32,000 nt of DNA from Telmatocola sphagniphila (lineage in GTDB: Bacteria; Planctomycetota; Planctomycetia; Gemmatales; Gemmataceae), in contig NZ_CP074694.1 in NCBI RefSeq assembly GCF_018398935.1, forward strand, positions 6,120,001-6,152,000, in the 5' to 3' direction. The position numbers and the translations under genes are program-made. Positions 31,921 through 32,000 of this stretch are shown in pieces. Positions within the stretch are counted from its first letter, which is position 1. Each line of letters starts with the position of its first letter. Below the pieces are notes generated by a model. It had not been told where the DNA came from and ran no database searches. It saw only the letters and a list, made by a program, of their open reading frames with translations.

Positions 31921-32000
31921 TCAGGCCGCTTCGCGCTGCGAGCGTTTCACTTCGAACAACTGGCCGTGAGCATGCGGCAGGTTCCGCGGTCCGACAGCCC
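31921..32000 (-). CDS. Possible 3' end of a convergent CDS that continues beyond the right edge; unidentifiable
   Basis: The minus-strand frame is open for all 25 codons from the window edge to the TGA at 31923-31921 (AVGPRNLPHAHGQLFEVKRSQREAA*). That stop directly abuts the TAA of the permease gene. The fragment is too short to assess. Confidence 0.25.
   Translation of the reverse strand, partial: AVGPRNLPHAHGQLFEVKRSQREAA

Noticed and set aside
1-32000. I searched for CRISPR arrays, tRNA or rRNA genes, IS elements or transposases, integrases, phage genes, toxin-antitoxin pairs and known defence-system genes.
   Set aside because: I saw no regularly spaced repeats, no T-loop-like GGTTCGAATCC contexts in intergenic DNA, no terminal inverted repeats flanking ORFs, and no recognisable recombinase or nuclease motifs in any translated ORF. 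Absence is judged by eye only.

Overview
All calls below come from reading the translations and the DNA by eye; no homology search was run.

The window looks like a chromosomal segment from a Planctomycetota genome. The clues are a prepilin-type DUF1559 / H-X9-DG protein, a Cys-type sulfatase, many secreted TPR and beta-propeller proteins, weak Shine-Dalgarno usage and frequent TTG/GTG starts.

**Coding content.** The window is almost fully coding, with about 24 genes.
- A long co-directional minus-strand block runs from 26871 down to 11404. In order it holds a TerB-like protein, an OprB-type porin, folC, sppA, an ABC-2 exporter (ATPase plus two permeases), an S1 protease with a TPR tail, gatB, a beta-propeller/phosphoesterase fusion, the DUF1559 pseudopilin-like protein and a CPBP protease.
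- On the right is a plus-strand MacB-type efflux cluster in the order permease, membrane-fusion protein, ATPase, permease.
- On the left are a partial arylsulfatase, a 1184-aa sortilin/BNR protein, a secreted TPR plus CxxC pair, a parvulin-like chaperone, a small Wza-like lipoprotein and a cytosolic TPR protein.

**Not found.** I saw no rRNA, tRNA, CRISPR array, IS/transposase, integrase or phage genes.

**Start codons.** Several track ORFs start too far upstream at TTG. I re-called the starts of gatB, folC, sppA, the ABC ATPase, the DUF1559 gene, the terB-like gene and the first MacB permease from N-terminal family patterns, with SD-like purine motifs where present.

**Novelty.** I cannot point to a compelling, self-contained new system. 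The leads most worth a second look are:
- a tandem PDZ pair inserted into the sortilin-like propeller;
- the secreted His-cluster TPR (TTC38-like) plus CxxC two-gene module;
- the co-directional TerB-like / SppA / two-permease ABC-2 / S1-protease arrangement beside a MacB-type exporter, which resembles an envelope-stress or peptide-resistance locus;
- an unusually long leader upstream of the DUF1559 gene carrying a 12-bp perfect stem with a GNRA-capped inner hairpin;
- nested inverted repeats that could mask the porin ribosome-binding site.
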